From an uncultured Pelagibacteraceae bacterium (GTDB lineage: Bacteria > Pseudomonadota > Alphaproteobacteria > Pelagibacterales > Pelagibacteraceae): 64,000 bases of DNA. Numbering within the stretch: the first letter of the stretch is position 1; each line of letters begins with the position of its first letter. Below, piece after piece: positions 55,396 to 63,738 of this stretch. The stretch spans positions 52,766 to 116,765 of the forward strand of contig CACNYD010000001.1 of NCBI GenBank assembly GCA_902624635.1, given 5' to 3'. The position numbers were made by a program, and so were the translations under genes. The notes beneath the pieces were generated by a model that saw only the letters and a program-made list of their open reading frames with translations, made no database searches and was not told the DNA's origin.

Positions 55396-56023
55396 AGTAC
55401 CTAAATATTGGAATAAGGCAAAAAAATACTTATCTAAAAAAGATGAAATTCTCTCTAATCTAATCAAAAGTTATGAAAGTCCTTCAGAAACTATTTTAAC
55501 TTCAAGGCGGGATATTTTTTTTTCTTTATGTAAAAGTATAATTGGACAACAAATAAGTGTTGCTGCAGCTAATTCTGTTTTTTTAAAATTTAAAAAAAGA
55601 TGTAAAAATAAAATTAATGCAAAAACAGTATCTAAGTTAACTTTGGCTCAATTAAAAAGCTGCGGATTAAGTAGACAGAAAGTATTAGGTATAAAGAGTT
55701 TAGCCAAACAGACGATTGAAAAAACGTTTAATTCGAAATTGATTGATAATATGTCTGATGAGGAAGCTATAAATTATTTGTCGCAATTAAGACAAATAGG
55801 AAGATGGTCAGCTGAAATGATCTTATTATTCACATACAACAGAGCAAACATTTGGCCAATTCAGGATATTGGTCTTTTAAGAGCTATTTCAAAAAATTAT
55901 AAAAAAGAATATTTACCCCCTGAAAAATTTGTATCTTTATTAAAAAAAAGATTTAGTCCTTATTGCTCTGTTGCTACTTGGTATTTATGGAGAAGCATAG
56001 ATCCTGAACCTATTCAGTATTAA
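55388..56023 (+). CDS. alkA: DNA-3-methyladenine glycosylase II (HhH-GPD)
   Basis: SIIGQQISVAAA, CGLSRQK, IGRWSAEM.L.F, P..DIGL, PYCS.ATWYLW. Confidence 0.88.
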   Translation: MTKVPKYWNKAKKYLSKKDEILSNLIKSYESPSETILTSRRDIFFSLCKSIIGQQISVAAANSVFLKFKKRCKNKINAKTVSKLTLAQLKSCGLSRQKVLGIKSLAKQTIEKTFNSKLIDNMSDEEAINYLSQLRQIGRWSAEMILLFTYNRANIWPIQDIGLLRAISKNYKKEYLPPEKFVSLLKKRFSPYCSVATWYLWRSIDPEPIQY

Positions 56024-56309
56024 ATCCCTCAACTACTTGCATATGTCTTTTTGTAGTTTTTTTTGCGACTGCCCAACTATCTTGATATTCTTTTGAGGAA
56101 TGACATTCTAACGCTTTAGCATAACTTGGAAATTCCCACACTACAGTCCTACTAAAATCGTCCCCATCAAAGGTTTCATGCTTGCCACCTCTTATTAATG
56201 GAACACCACCATAACTTTTGATCACTGGTGTAGCTAACTCAGAATATTTTTTTAGATTATCTTGATTGTCTATTTTAAAATATAAACTAACCCAATATCC
56301 TTTTTTCAT
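56010..56309 (-). CDS. DUF1330-family small protein (start likely ATG 56309)
   Basis: GYWV, Y......I..YGG..L.RGG, R.VV.EFPS...A....S.EYQ, VVEG. Confidence 0.78.
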   Translation of the reverse strand: MKKGYWVSLYFKIDNQDNLKKYSELATPVIKSYGGVPLIRGGKHETFDGDDFSRTVVWEFPSYAKALECHSSKEYQDSWAVAKKTTKRHMQVVEGFNTE

Positions 56310-56310
56310 A

Positions 56311-57207
56311 TCAATCAATCCATTCTTTATAATCATTTAAATTATCTTGCAAAAACTTTGGTAATTTATCTGTTGGATATTTCTCAAGTTTACTGCCATC
56401 ACCAATCTTGTTCACTCTTTTATCAACTTTTAGATCATAAATAGCCTGTTTATTTTCGATTAATTCATTTATTTCTTTTACAGACAAAGGATTTTCATCA
56501 AATTCTCTGTGATGTAGATATGATTTAAGTTTAAATTCAATTTCAGGAGCTGTTTTTAAATTAGAAAAGTGCCATCCCCCATTAAATATAATTTTGATAT
56601 CAGTGTACTTTGTATTAGAAAAAAAAGTATCTAATCTGTAAAAAGGATATTTTCTATCTTTTATATTTCTTAACCATTGAGGTGATATAAGAAATTTTTT
56701 CATACATCCTTTTGTACCAGTCCATTCAAGATTTGGTAATTTAAGATTAAATCTGTAATAAAACATGTCTTGCTTAAAAAGAATAATTTTTTCACGAATT
56801 TTTGAAAGATCCAAGTTATCTAGATTAGGAATTTCATCGACATCAGAAATTAAAATCATGTCATCATCTTTTGCTAATTCCAAGCCTTTTAAAATTTGAT
56901 TTCTTTGACCATTCTCTCTCAGGATAGCATTCTGGATATATTTAAATGACTTTACAGCTTCATCATCTTTTTCGTTAACTTGGTTTTTTACTATTTCTTC
57001 CGGTTCTTCATCAAAAGTAATATATATCAATTTATCTTTGAATTTTTTAAATTTTTGATGATTAAACTTTAAGTCTCTTTTATCACCTTTGTGAGTGAAT
57101 GAACTCTCTACAATAACAAAATAATCAACATATTTATCTAGAATGTTCAGTCTTAATTCTAAAACTGTTTCTTCATCAAAATACATAAAACAATCAAAAA
57201 TTCTCAT
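56311..57207 (-). CDS. GT17-like (GnT-III type) glycosyltransferase
   Basis: IFDCFMYFDE, LRL..L..VDYFVIVES..TH.G, RE..QRN, SDVDEIP, GGWHFS. Confidence 0.78.
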   Translation of the reverse strand: MRIFDCFMYFDEETVLELRLNILDKYVDYFVIVESSFTHKGDKRDLKFNHQKFKKFKDKLIYITFDEEPEEIVKNQVNEKDDEAVKSFKYIQNAILRENGQRNQILKGLELAKDDDMILISDVDEIPNLDNLDLSKIREKIILFKQDMFYYRFNLKLPNLEWTGTKGCMKKFLISPQWLRNIKDRKYPFYRLDTFFSNTKYTDIKIIFNGGWHFSNLKTAPEIEFKLKSYLHHREFDENPLSVKEINELIENKQAIYDLKVDKRVNKIGDGSKLEKYPTDKLPKFLQDNLNDYKEWID

Positions 57208-57240
57208 AATGACTTTTTAATCTTTTTTAATTTTTTTTAT

Positions 57241-57774
57241 ATGATAAAAAAATTTATGGCTGATAAATTAATAGTTAGTTTTGAGGAATATATCAAAATA
57301 GTTGAAAAATTAGCTGTTGAAATTCACAATAATTACAAACCTACAGTCTTAGTTGGAATAATGAGAGGGGCAGCACCTATAATTGATATTCTTTCAAGAA
57401 TTCTAAAACTCCCAATTGCATACATTGTTATTCAAAGTTATACCGGAAAAATGTTGGAGGACCAACAAGGTAAATTAATGTTTGCAAGAGAAATAAGCTC
57501 ATTAGCGAAAGAGAAAGATTTTGAAAAAATACTTTTAATTGATGATTTATCAGATACAGGTCTAACACTAAACAAAAGTATTGAGTGGTTAAAAAGTTAT
57601 GGACCAACAAAAAAATTTATTAAAGAAATTAAGACCGCTTGTTTATGGAAAAAAAAATCTTCATCATTTGAACCAGATTTTTGCCCAATAAAATTAGATT
57701 CAGATCCATGGATAGTTCAGCCAACAGAACATTATGAAGAACTTTCTATAGAGGAGATTGTTAAAAGAAATTAG
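57241..57774 (+). CDS. Type I phosphoribosyltransferase, Gpt/Hpt-like (start may be 57256)
   Basis: GIMRGA, PRPP loop LLIDDLSDTGLTL, WIVQP. Confidence 0.8.
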   Translation: MIKKFMADKLIVSFEEYIKIVEKLAVEIHNNYKPTVLVGIMRGAAPIIDILSRILKLPIAYIVIQSYTGKMLEDQQGKLMFAREISSLAKEKDFEKILLIDDLSDTGLTLNKSIEWLKSYGPTKKFIKEIKTACLWKKKSSSFEPDFCPIKLDSDPWIVQPTEHYEELSIEEIVKRN

Positions 57775-57803
57775 TTAACGGGGCTAGAAATTAACCCCGT
57801 TAA
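57775..57803. terminator. Hairpin between convergent PRT and NCS2 genes (probable bidirectional terminator)
   Basis: TTAACGGGG, 11 nt, CCCCGTTAA, followed by ATTTTGT. Confidence 0.7.
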
Positions 57804-57810
57804 ATTTTGT

Positions 57811-59121
57811 TTAACTTACAGCAAAACTTACAATACTAAGTATTGCAACAACCCATATCGCTGGAGAAGTACTTGAAAATTTACCTGTGAATATCTTAAT
57901 TAAAGCATATGAGACAAATGCTAAAGCAATTCCATTACTAATACTATAAGTTAATGGCATAGCAATCATAGCTAAAATTGCTGGAGCTGACTCAGATATA
58001 TCATCCCATTCTATGTCTGTAATATTTCTAATAAATAAAACAGAAACAAAGAGCAAAGCTGCACCATCGATTTGTTTAGGTAAACTGGTTGCAAGTGGCG
58101 CAAAAAATATACATGCTAAAAATAATATACCTATGACTAGGGAAGTCATACCCGTTTTACCACCGGCCTTTACACCAGCGCCTGACTCAACATAACTTGT
58201 AACGGTTGTAGTTCCCATCATTGCACCCGCAACAGTTCCTACACTGTCTGATAACATTGCCTTATTAATGTCCTCAACTTTTCCCTGTTTATCAACTTTA
58301 CCTGCAACGTTTGCAACGGAAGTTAATGTTCCAGCTGTATCAAAAAAATCTATGAACAATAAAGTAAATATTACTGTCGACATTCCAGCAGTCATTGCAG
58401 CGGATAAGTCAAATTCAAAAAGGTATGTCATAGGTGGTGGTGAACTTGCTAAACCATTAAATTTAGCTAGACCAGTAGCCCAAGCTATAACACTGAAAAA
58501 TAATATACCTATAATGATATTTCCTTTAACATTCATTTTTTCTAGCACAATAATTGCAATAAATGTTGCGCATCCAAGAAGAACTAGAGGGTCACTTAAA
58601 TTTCCAAGTTGTACTAGTGTTACAGGATTATCAACTACAACTTCCATAATTTGTAATCCAATAATTGCAAGAAACAATCCAATACCTGCACCAATTCCTA
58701 GTTTTAAACTTTTTGGAATTGAATTAATTAACCAAGCTCTGATGGGTGTAAGTGATATTATTAAGAACAATACACCTGCAACCAAAACTGCACCAAGAGC
58801 TTCTTGTGGGGTATAACCCATACCAGCACAAACGCCAAAAGCAACGAATGCATTAATACCCATGCCTGGGGCTAGTCCAATTGGCCATGTTTTTCCGTAA
58901 AAGGCCATTATAAAACAAGCTAAAGCAGTTGCTAAAATTGTTGCCGTATATACTGCACCGAAATCAAAGAAACCTTTTTCAGGGCCGGCGAACTCCCCTG
59001 ATAAGATGAACGGATTTAAAAACATTATGTACGCCATTGTCAAGAACGTTGTTGTTCCTGCAATCACTTCCGTTTTGAAATCTGTTTTATGTTTTTTGTA
59101 TTCAAAATATTTTTCAAACAT
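57811..59121 (-). CDS. NCS2/AzgA-type purine nucleobase permease
   Basis: TEVIAGTTTFLTMAYI, APGMGINAF, DFFDTAGTL, TSYVESGAG...GG.TG, PLTYSISNG. Confidence 0.92.
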   Translation of the reverse strand: MFEKYFEYKKHKTDFKTEVIAGTTTFLTMAYIMFLNPFILSGEFAGPEKGFFDFGAVYTATILATALACFIMAFYGKTWPIGLAPGMGINAFVAFGVCAGMGYTPQEALGAVLVAGVLFLIISLTPIRAWLINSIPKSLKLGIGAGIGLFLAIIGLQIMEVVVDNPVTLVQLGNLSDPLVLLGCATFIAIIVLEKMNVKGNIIIGILFFSVIAWATGLAKFNGLASSPPPMTYLFEFDLSAAMTAGMSTVIFTLLFIDFFDTAGTLTSVANVAGKVDKQGKVEDINKAMLSDSVGTVAGAMMGTTTVTSYVESGAGVKAGGKTGMTSLVIGILFLACIFFAPLATSLPKQIDGAALLFVSVLFIRNITDIEWDDISESAPAILAMIAMPLTYSISNGIALAFVSYALIKIFTGKFSSTSPAIWVVAILSIVSFAVS

Positions 59122-59246
59122 TTATCCTCCTATAAATCGAAAATATTTGATTCTCACTTATATTACCCGTCAAAACTAATTCTTATTAACAATTTTCAAC
59201 TCATAAGTTTATATTTATGCCACAATTAGGTTGTTATTATGAAATT

Positions 59247-59552
59247 ATGAAAAAAATTAAGGTTTTAATTGTAAGTGTTTTTTTAACATTTTTTTTAATG
59301 AGTTGTCAGACAATTAAACAAAAAACCGACGCTATTGTAGAAAAAGAAAATAAAAAACTAAGTGCATTCATAGGAAAGTCTTCACAGGATTTAAAAAGTA
59401 GTTTGGGTAGTCCAGATGAAGATTTTAAAAATGAAAAAGGAAATTTAGTTTTAGTTTATAACACAAAGAAATATGGAATTCCGTGCGAAAGAAGATTTGA
59501 GATAAACACAAAATCAATTGTTATCGGATTTGTATCAAACGGCTGCTTTTAA
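59247..59552 (+). CDS. Small hypothetical lipoprotein (start likely ATG 59247)
   Basis: MKKIKVLIVSVFLTFFLMSC lipoprotein signal; IGKS...L...LGSPD; two further Cys. Confidence 0.65.
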   Translation: MKKIKVLIVSVFLTFFLMSCQTIKQKTDAIVEKENKKLSAFIGKSSQDLKSSLGSPDEDFKNEKGNLVLVYNTKKYGIPCERRFEINTKSIVIGFVSNGCF

Positions 59553-59557
59553 TTACC

Positions 59558-59578
59558 TGCGGAGAATTAATCTCCGCA
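59558..59578. terminator. GC-rich hairpin between convergent lipoprotein and ibpA genes
   Basis: TGCGGAGA-ATTAA-TCTCCGCA, a perfect 8-bp stem. Confidence 0.72.
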
Positions 59579-59590
59579 AGCAAGGTTTAC

Positions 59591-60037
59591 TTATTTAATT
59601 TCAATAAGTTTTCTTTTTTTATGCTCTGGAACAATTCTTTCACAAGATATTGTTAAAAGACCATCTTTTAACTCTGCACCATTTACTTTTACATCATCAG
59701 CAATGGTAAATGATCTAGCAAATTGTCTTTGAGAAATACCTTTATGAATTATTTCTCCATCTATATTATTATTATCAGATTTATTAACTTGTTTAGTTCT
59801 TACAGTTAACAAATTATCCTCAAACTCAACTTCAACATCGTTTTTATTAAAACCAGCTAAAGCAACTTCAATTGCATAATTATCCTTACCAGTTTTTCTG
59901 ATGTTATAAGGTGGGTAATTTGATTGCATAGTTAAAGAACCATTACCAAGCATATTTTCAAACTGGTCAAACATATCGTCAAAACCAATTGAAAAAGGTC
60001 TTAGTGAGTTGAATATAGATAAATCCTTACTTGTCAT
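59591..60037 (-). CDS. ibpA: Small heat-shock protein IbpA/Hsp20
   Basis: IGFD..F, YPPYNI, IEVALAGF, HKGISQRQF.RSF, A.L.DGLL.I. Confidence 0.95.
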   Translation of the reverse strand: MTSKDLSIFNSLRPFSIGFDDMFDQFENMLGNGSLTMQSNYPPYNIRKTGKDNYAIEVALAGFNKNDVEVEFEDNLLTVRTKQVNKSDNNNIDGEIIHKGISQRQFARSFTIADDVKVNGAELKDGLLTISCERIVPEHKKRKLIEIK

Positions 60038-60093
60038 AATATCCTCCTTTGTTAAGCAAGTTTATTTATTGTTAGCCCCATTAGGCGACCGAC
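60038..60093 (-). promoter_or_regulatory. ROSE-like RNA thermometer in the ibpA 5' UTR
   Basis: 5' hairpin GUCGGUCGCC-UAAU-GGGGCUAAC, then CUUGCUU-AACA-AAGGAG in which the U(U/C)GCU motif pairs with the SD and the G is bulged. Confidence 0.75.
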
Positions 60094-60100
60094 TTTAATC

Positions 60101-60128
60101 ATATGGGAGTTATTTTATTTTTTTCAAG
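60101..60128 (-). promoter_or_regulatory. RpoH (sigma32) promoter of ibpA
   Basis: Minus strand CTTGAA, 15 bp, CCCATAT. Confidence 0.85.
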
Positions 60129-60137
60129 ATGTTAGGT

Positions 60138-62213
60138 CTAAATTTTTTCAGAGATTTTTAATATAAATGCATAATCAAAAGCTATTTCTTCAATGGCACC
60201 ATCTCTTCCTGATTTACCTCCATGACCTGCATTCATTTCAGTTTTTAATAAAAGTAAATTATTATCTGTTTTTAAATCTCTAAGTTTGGCTGTAAATTTT
60301 GCTGGCTCATCAAACAACACTCTATTGTCACTCAAGCTTGTTGTAATTAACATGTGAGGATAATCCATTTTTTTAATATTGTTATATGGAGCATAAGAGT
60401 AGATATAATCAAAGTGATCTTTTTTATCTTTTGCATTACCAAATTCATCAAATTCTCCAACAGTTAAGGGCAAAGAATGGTCCAAGTTAGTTGTCAAAGA
60501 GTCAACAAACGGTACAGCCATGACAATTCCAAGAAATAATTCTGGCGATTGATTTACTACCGCTCCCATTAACAAACCACCAGCTGAGCCACCCATACCA
60601 ATAATTTTCCCTTCTGATGTATATTTTTTATCCATCAAAAATTTTGCAACATATATATAATCTTCAAATGTATTTTTTTTGTTAAGAAGTTTTCCTTCTT
60701 TCCACCATTTCATTCCTTTTTCCATTCCACCTCGAATATGTGCGGTTACCCAAATAATATTTCTGTCAACTAAACTCAATCTAGTTGAGGAAAAATCTGG
60801 AGTCATTGAACTTCCATATGATCCATAACCATACAAAAGTAAATTAGCTGACCCATCAATTTTTGTCTTTTTATGTCTAGTTATTGTAATTGGAACTAAT
60901 CTTCCATCATGAGACGGACACTCCAACCTTTCGACTATATAGTCATCTGGATTATGACCAGATGGGATTTCTTGCTCTTTAACTAATTTTTTTTCTTTGG
61001 TTTCTAAGTTATATAAATAGGTCTTACCTGGTGTTTTAGGGGATGAGTATGACAAGTATACCAAGTTAGTATTTTTATCTCTTTGAATTAATGAAACACC
61101 AGGCACAATCACTGTCTCATCAGTAAATATTAATTCTTCCTCAATCCCTGTTTGTTTATTTCTTACGAATAATTTTCTTAAAGCATTTGATTTTTCTGCT
61201 CTAATAATCCAATTATCTAAAAATATTAATCCTCCAATTAAAACCTCATCTTTTGCAGCTATATAAGTTTCCCATTTTTGATTAGACAAATCATCACATC
61301 TTACAATTTTAAAATCTTCTGCATTATCATTGGTATGGCAATAAAAATATTCATCCCAAGAATTTATAGAATAAATTATACCCTTTTTTCTCTTTTTTAT
61401 TAATTTTGGCTTTGGATTTTTTTCTGAAACCTCAAAATAGTATTGTTCTGATGTATTATGATCTGATGTTGTTATGAAAAAATATTTTTCATCTGAACTT
61501 AAACTAATGCCTACAGTAAATGCTTCACTTTTTTCCTCAAAAATTAGTTCGTCGTCTTTGACTGATGATCCAATTTTGTGTCTAAATATTTTTCTTGCCC
61601 TGTGAAATTCATCAAGTTTTGAATAAAAAAAATATTTGTCATCTAAACTAAAAGTAATACCTCCACTCGTTTCCTCTATTTTTTCAGTGATTAATTTTCC
61701 TGAGGAAATATCTCTTATGTAAATTGTATAATATTCAGAACCTTTTAAATCTAAAGAATAACCTAAAAGTTTGTCATTGTAGCTTACCTCTAAGTCTCCA
61801 ACACCAAAATATTCCGTTTTTAATTTTTCTTTTTCTTTATCACCATTCCAAATTTCTTCTATTTTGTTGTCATTAATTTTTTTTCTTAATTTTATTGAGT
61901 AATTCCCTGTTGTTGTTGTTTTGGTCCAATATTCATATTCTTTGTCTTTAAATTTTAATGATTCATCATCTAACTTTATTCTACCTTTAATTTCATCAAA
62001 TAAGATTTTCTGATATTTTTTTGTATCTTTTAAATTATGTTCTGTAAAATTGTTTTCTTCTTCAAGATATTTCCTAACATCTGGAAGTAGCTTGGAACTA
62101 TCCTTTAAAACTTCAAGAATATTATCCTGATGGATCCAACTATAATTATCTTCCCATGTCGTATTGTGACAAGATTTAAGCTCTGGTTTTTTTTTAAGTT
62201 GTGGTATTTTCAT
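60138..62213 (-). CDS. ptrB: Oligopeptidase B (protease II, S9A)
   Basis: D.Y.W, LYGYGSYG, HIRGG, GGSAGG, D.RV...EPAK, AGHGG. Confidence 0.93.
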   Translation of the reverse strand: MKIPQLKKKPELKSCHNTTWEDNYSWIHQDNILEVLKDSSKLLPDVRKYLEEENNFTEHNLKDTKKYQKILFDEIKGRIKLDDESLKFKDKEYEYWTKTTTTGNYSIKLRKKINDNKIEEIWNGDKEKEKLKTEYFGVGDLEVSYNDKLLGYSLDLKGSEYYTIYIRDISSGKLITEKIEETSGGITFSLDDKYFFYSKLDEFHRARKIFRHKIGSSVKDDELIFEEKSEAFTVGISLSSDEKYFFITTSDHNTSEQYYFEVSEKNPKPKLIKKRKKGIIYSINSWDEYFYCHTNDNAEDFKIVRCDDLSNQKWETYIAAKDEVLIGGLIFLDNWIIRAEKSNALRKLFVRNKQTGIEEELIFTDETVIVPGVSLIQRDKNTNLVYLSYSSPKTPGKTYLYNLETKEKKLVKEQEIPSGHNPDDYIVERLECPSHDGRLVPITITRHKKTKIDGSANLLLYGYGSYGSSMTPDFSSTRLSLVDRNIIWVTAHIRGGMEKGMKWWKEGKLLNKKNTFEDYIYVAKFLMDKKYTSEGKIIGMGGSAGGLLMGAVVNQSPELFLGIVMAVPFVDSLTTNLDHSLPLTVGEFDEFGNAKDKKDHFDYIYSYAPYNNIKKMDYPHMLITTSLSDNRVLFDEPAKFTAKLRDLKTDNNLLLLKTEMNAGHGGKSGRDGAIEEIAFDYAFILKISEKI

Positions 62214-62227
62214 TAGATCAAAAATAT

Positions 62228-62731
62228 ATGAATATAATAATTTATACAGTGGTTATATTAACCATTTTTTATTTTCTACTGCGTTTAATAACCAACATTT
62301 CATCAAGGAAAATTTCAAAAGGCCTAAGATTTCTAATTATAATAGGATTAATTGCTTTAGCGGTCTTGTTTGCTATTGGTGGAAAATTTTTATTAACACT
62401 TCCTCTTACTTTGGCAAGTTTAGCTTTATTAAAATTAAAAGGTTTATCTATTTTCCAATTAATCTCTCTTTTTAGACTTATTCAAACATTAAGAAGATCT
62501 GGTCGCTTTTCCTTTAATCAAAAAGGTACCAATAATGTATCGTCTATATCAGTTTCAGAGGCATACAAAATTTTAAATTTAGATATGAATAAAAAAGTTA
62601 CCAAAGAGGATGTTAATAAAGCATATATAAAAATCCAAAAAAAGATTCACCCAGACATTTCTCCTGAAACTTCAAGATTATCCTCAATAGTTAATGAGGC
62701 TAAAGATATTGTGCTGAACGATATTTCTTAA
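62228..62731 (+). CDS. Membrane-anchored J-domain protein, Pam18/TimB-like (start likely ATG 62228)
   Basis: N-terminal TM helices; C-terminal EAYKILNL...HPD...VNEAKD. Confidence 0.8.
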   Translation: MNIIIYTVVILTIFYFLLRLITNISSRKISKGLRFLIIIGLIALAVLFAIGGKFLLTLPLTLASLALLKLKGLSIFQLISLFRLIQTLRRSGRFSFNQKGTNNVSSISVSEAYKILNLDMNKKVTKEDVNKAYIKIQKKIHPDISPETSRLSSIVNEAKDIVLNDIS

Positions 62732-63690
62732 GCAATAATTTCTAAAAATCTCTCAAAAATTTTTTGTGGATCAATTTTATCTTTACCTAAAGTATTATGT
62801 GTAACCGTTTTTTCTCCCTCTGGAATTATTGGAAACATTTTTGAGCTATAATTTCCATAAATTAAGGGAGTATCAGCCATTAAAGTAATCGTTTTAATAC
62901 CTAAAGCTGAGGATAAGTGACTAAAGCTCGAGTCATTACAAATTGATACATTACAATTCTTAATTAATGGTAAAATTTCACTAATGGTTAAATTATCTAA
63001 ACGAGTACAAAAATTCTTAAATTTAGACTGCAAAATTTCGTTTAGTACATCCTGTTCTTCATCTATCTTACCTGTTGCAAGAAAAAATCTGCAATTTTTC
63101 ATTTTTGATATTTTATCAATTACACTTAAGAAAGTTTTTGCAGGAATTCTTTTTGTGGGTCCAGAGCCACCTATGCCTAAGAGAATATTTGTAGTATTTT
63201 TATCTATTTGAAATTTTTGTGATGCTTTAGAAATTAAATCACCATCGATTTGTACCTCAGGATCTTCATTAATGTCCAAATGTAAATTTTCTTTTAAGAA
63301 TTTCTTAGGGGTCTCTATTATGTGTTGTTTATTTTTTGTGAATAATGGATATTGGTAAATTTTTGGAATACCAGATATTTTAGCAACTAGGTTAAATCTT
63401 AAAGATGAATTAAAAATAAAAATTTTATCAAACTTATATTTTTTTAAATCGTTTGCTAATTTAAAAATACCAAAAAAGCCATCATGACTATTATTCGTTT
63501 TATTGTCTCTTTCTAAAATAAGAATTTTATCAATATATTTTGTCTGGTGTAAATATTGATTAGCTTTAGAGGTTTCTTTTACCAATATACTTATTGGTGA
63601 ATTAAATTTTTTGGATATAGCCTTTATAAATGGTAAGAAAATTACGGTATCTCCAATACCCATTCTACTCTGAACTGCTAATATTTTCAT
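62728..63690 (-). CDS. GT9 glycosyltransferase (LPS heptosyltransferase-like)
   Basis: GIGDTV...P, G.GGS..TKR, CNDSSFSHLSSALG. Confidence 0.85.
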   Translation of the reverse strand: MKILAVQSRMGIGDTVIFLPFIKAISKKFNSPISILVKETSKANQYLHQTKYIDKILILERDNKTNNSHDGFFGIFKLANDLKKYKFDKIFIFNSSLRFNLVAKISGIPKIYQYPLFTKNKQHIIETPKKFLKENLHLDINEDPEVQIDGDLISKASQKFQIDKNTTNILLGIGGSGPTKRIPAKTFLSVIDKISKMKNCRFFLATGKIDEEQDVLNEILQSKFKNFCTRLDNLTISEILPLIKNCNVSICNDSSFSHLSSALGIKTITLMADTPLIYGNYSSKMFPIIPEGEKTVTHNTLGKDKIDPQKIFERFLEIIA

Positions 63691-63738
63691 ATAGTATTTA
63701 TAAACTTTACTGAGTATATTTTTATATAAATTTTTATT

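Noticed and set aside
59122-59216. Possible purine riboswitch upstream of the NCS2 permease
   Set aside because: No three-way junction or conserved purine-aptamer core is visible, only weak AT-rich pairing.
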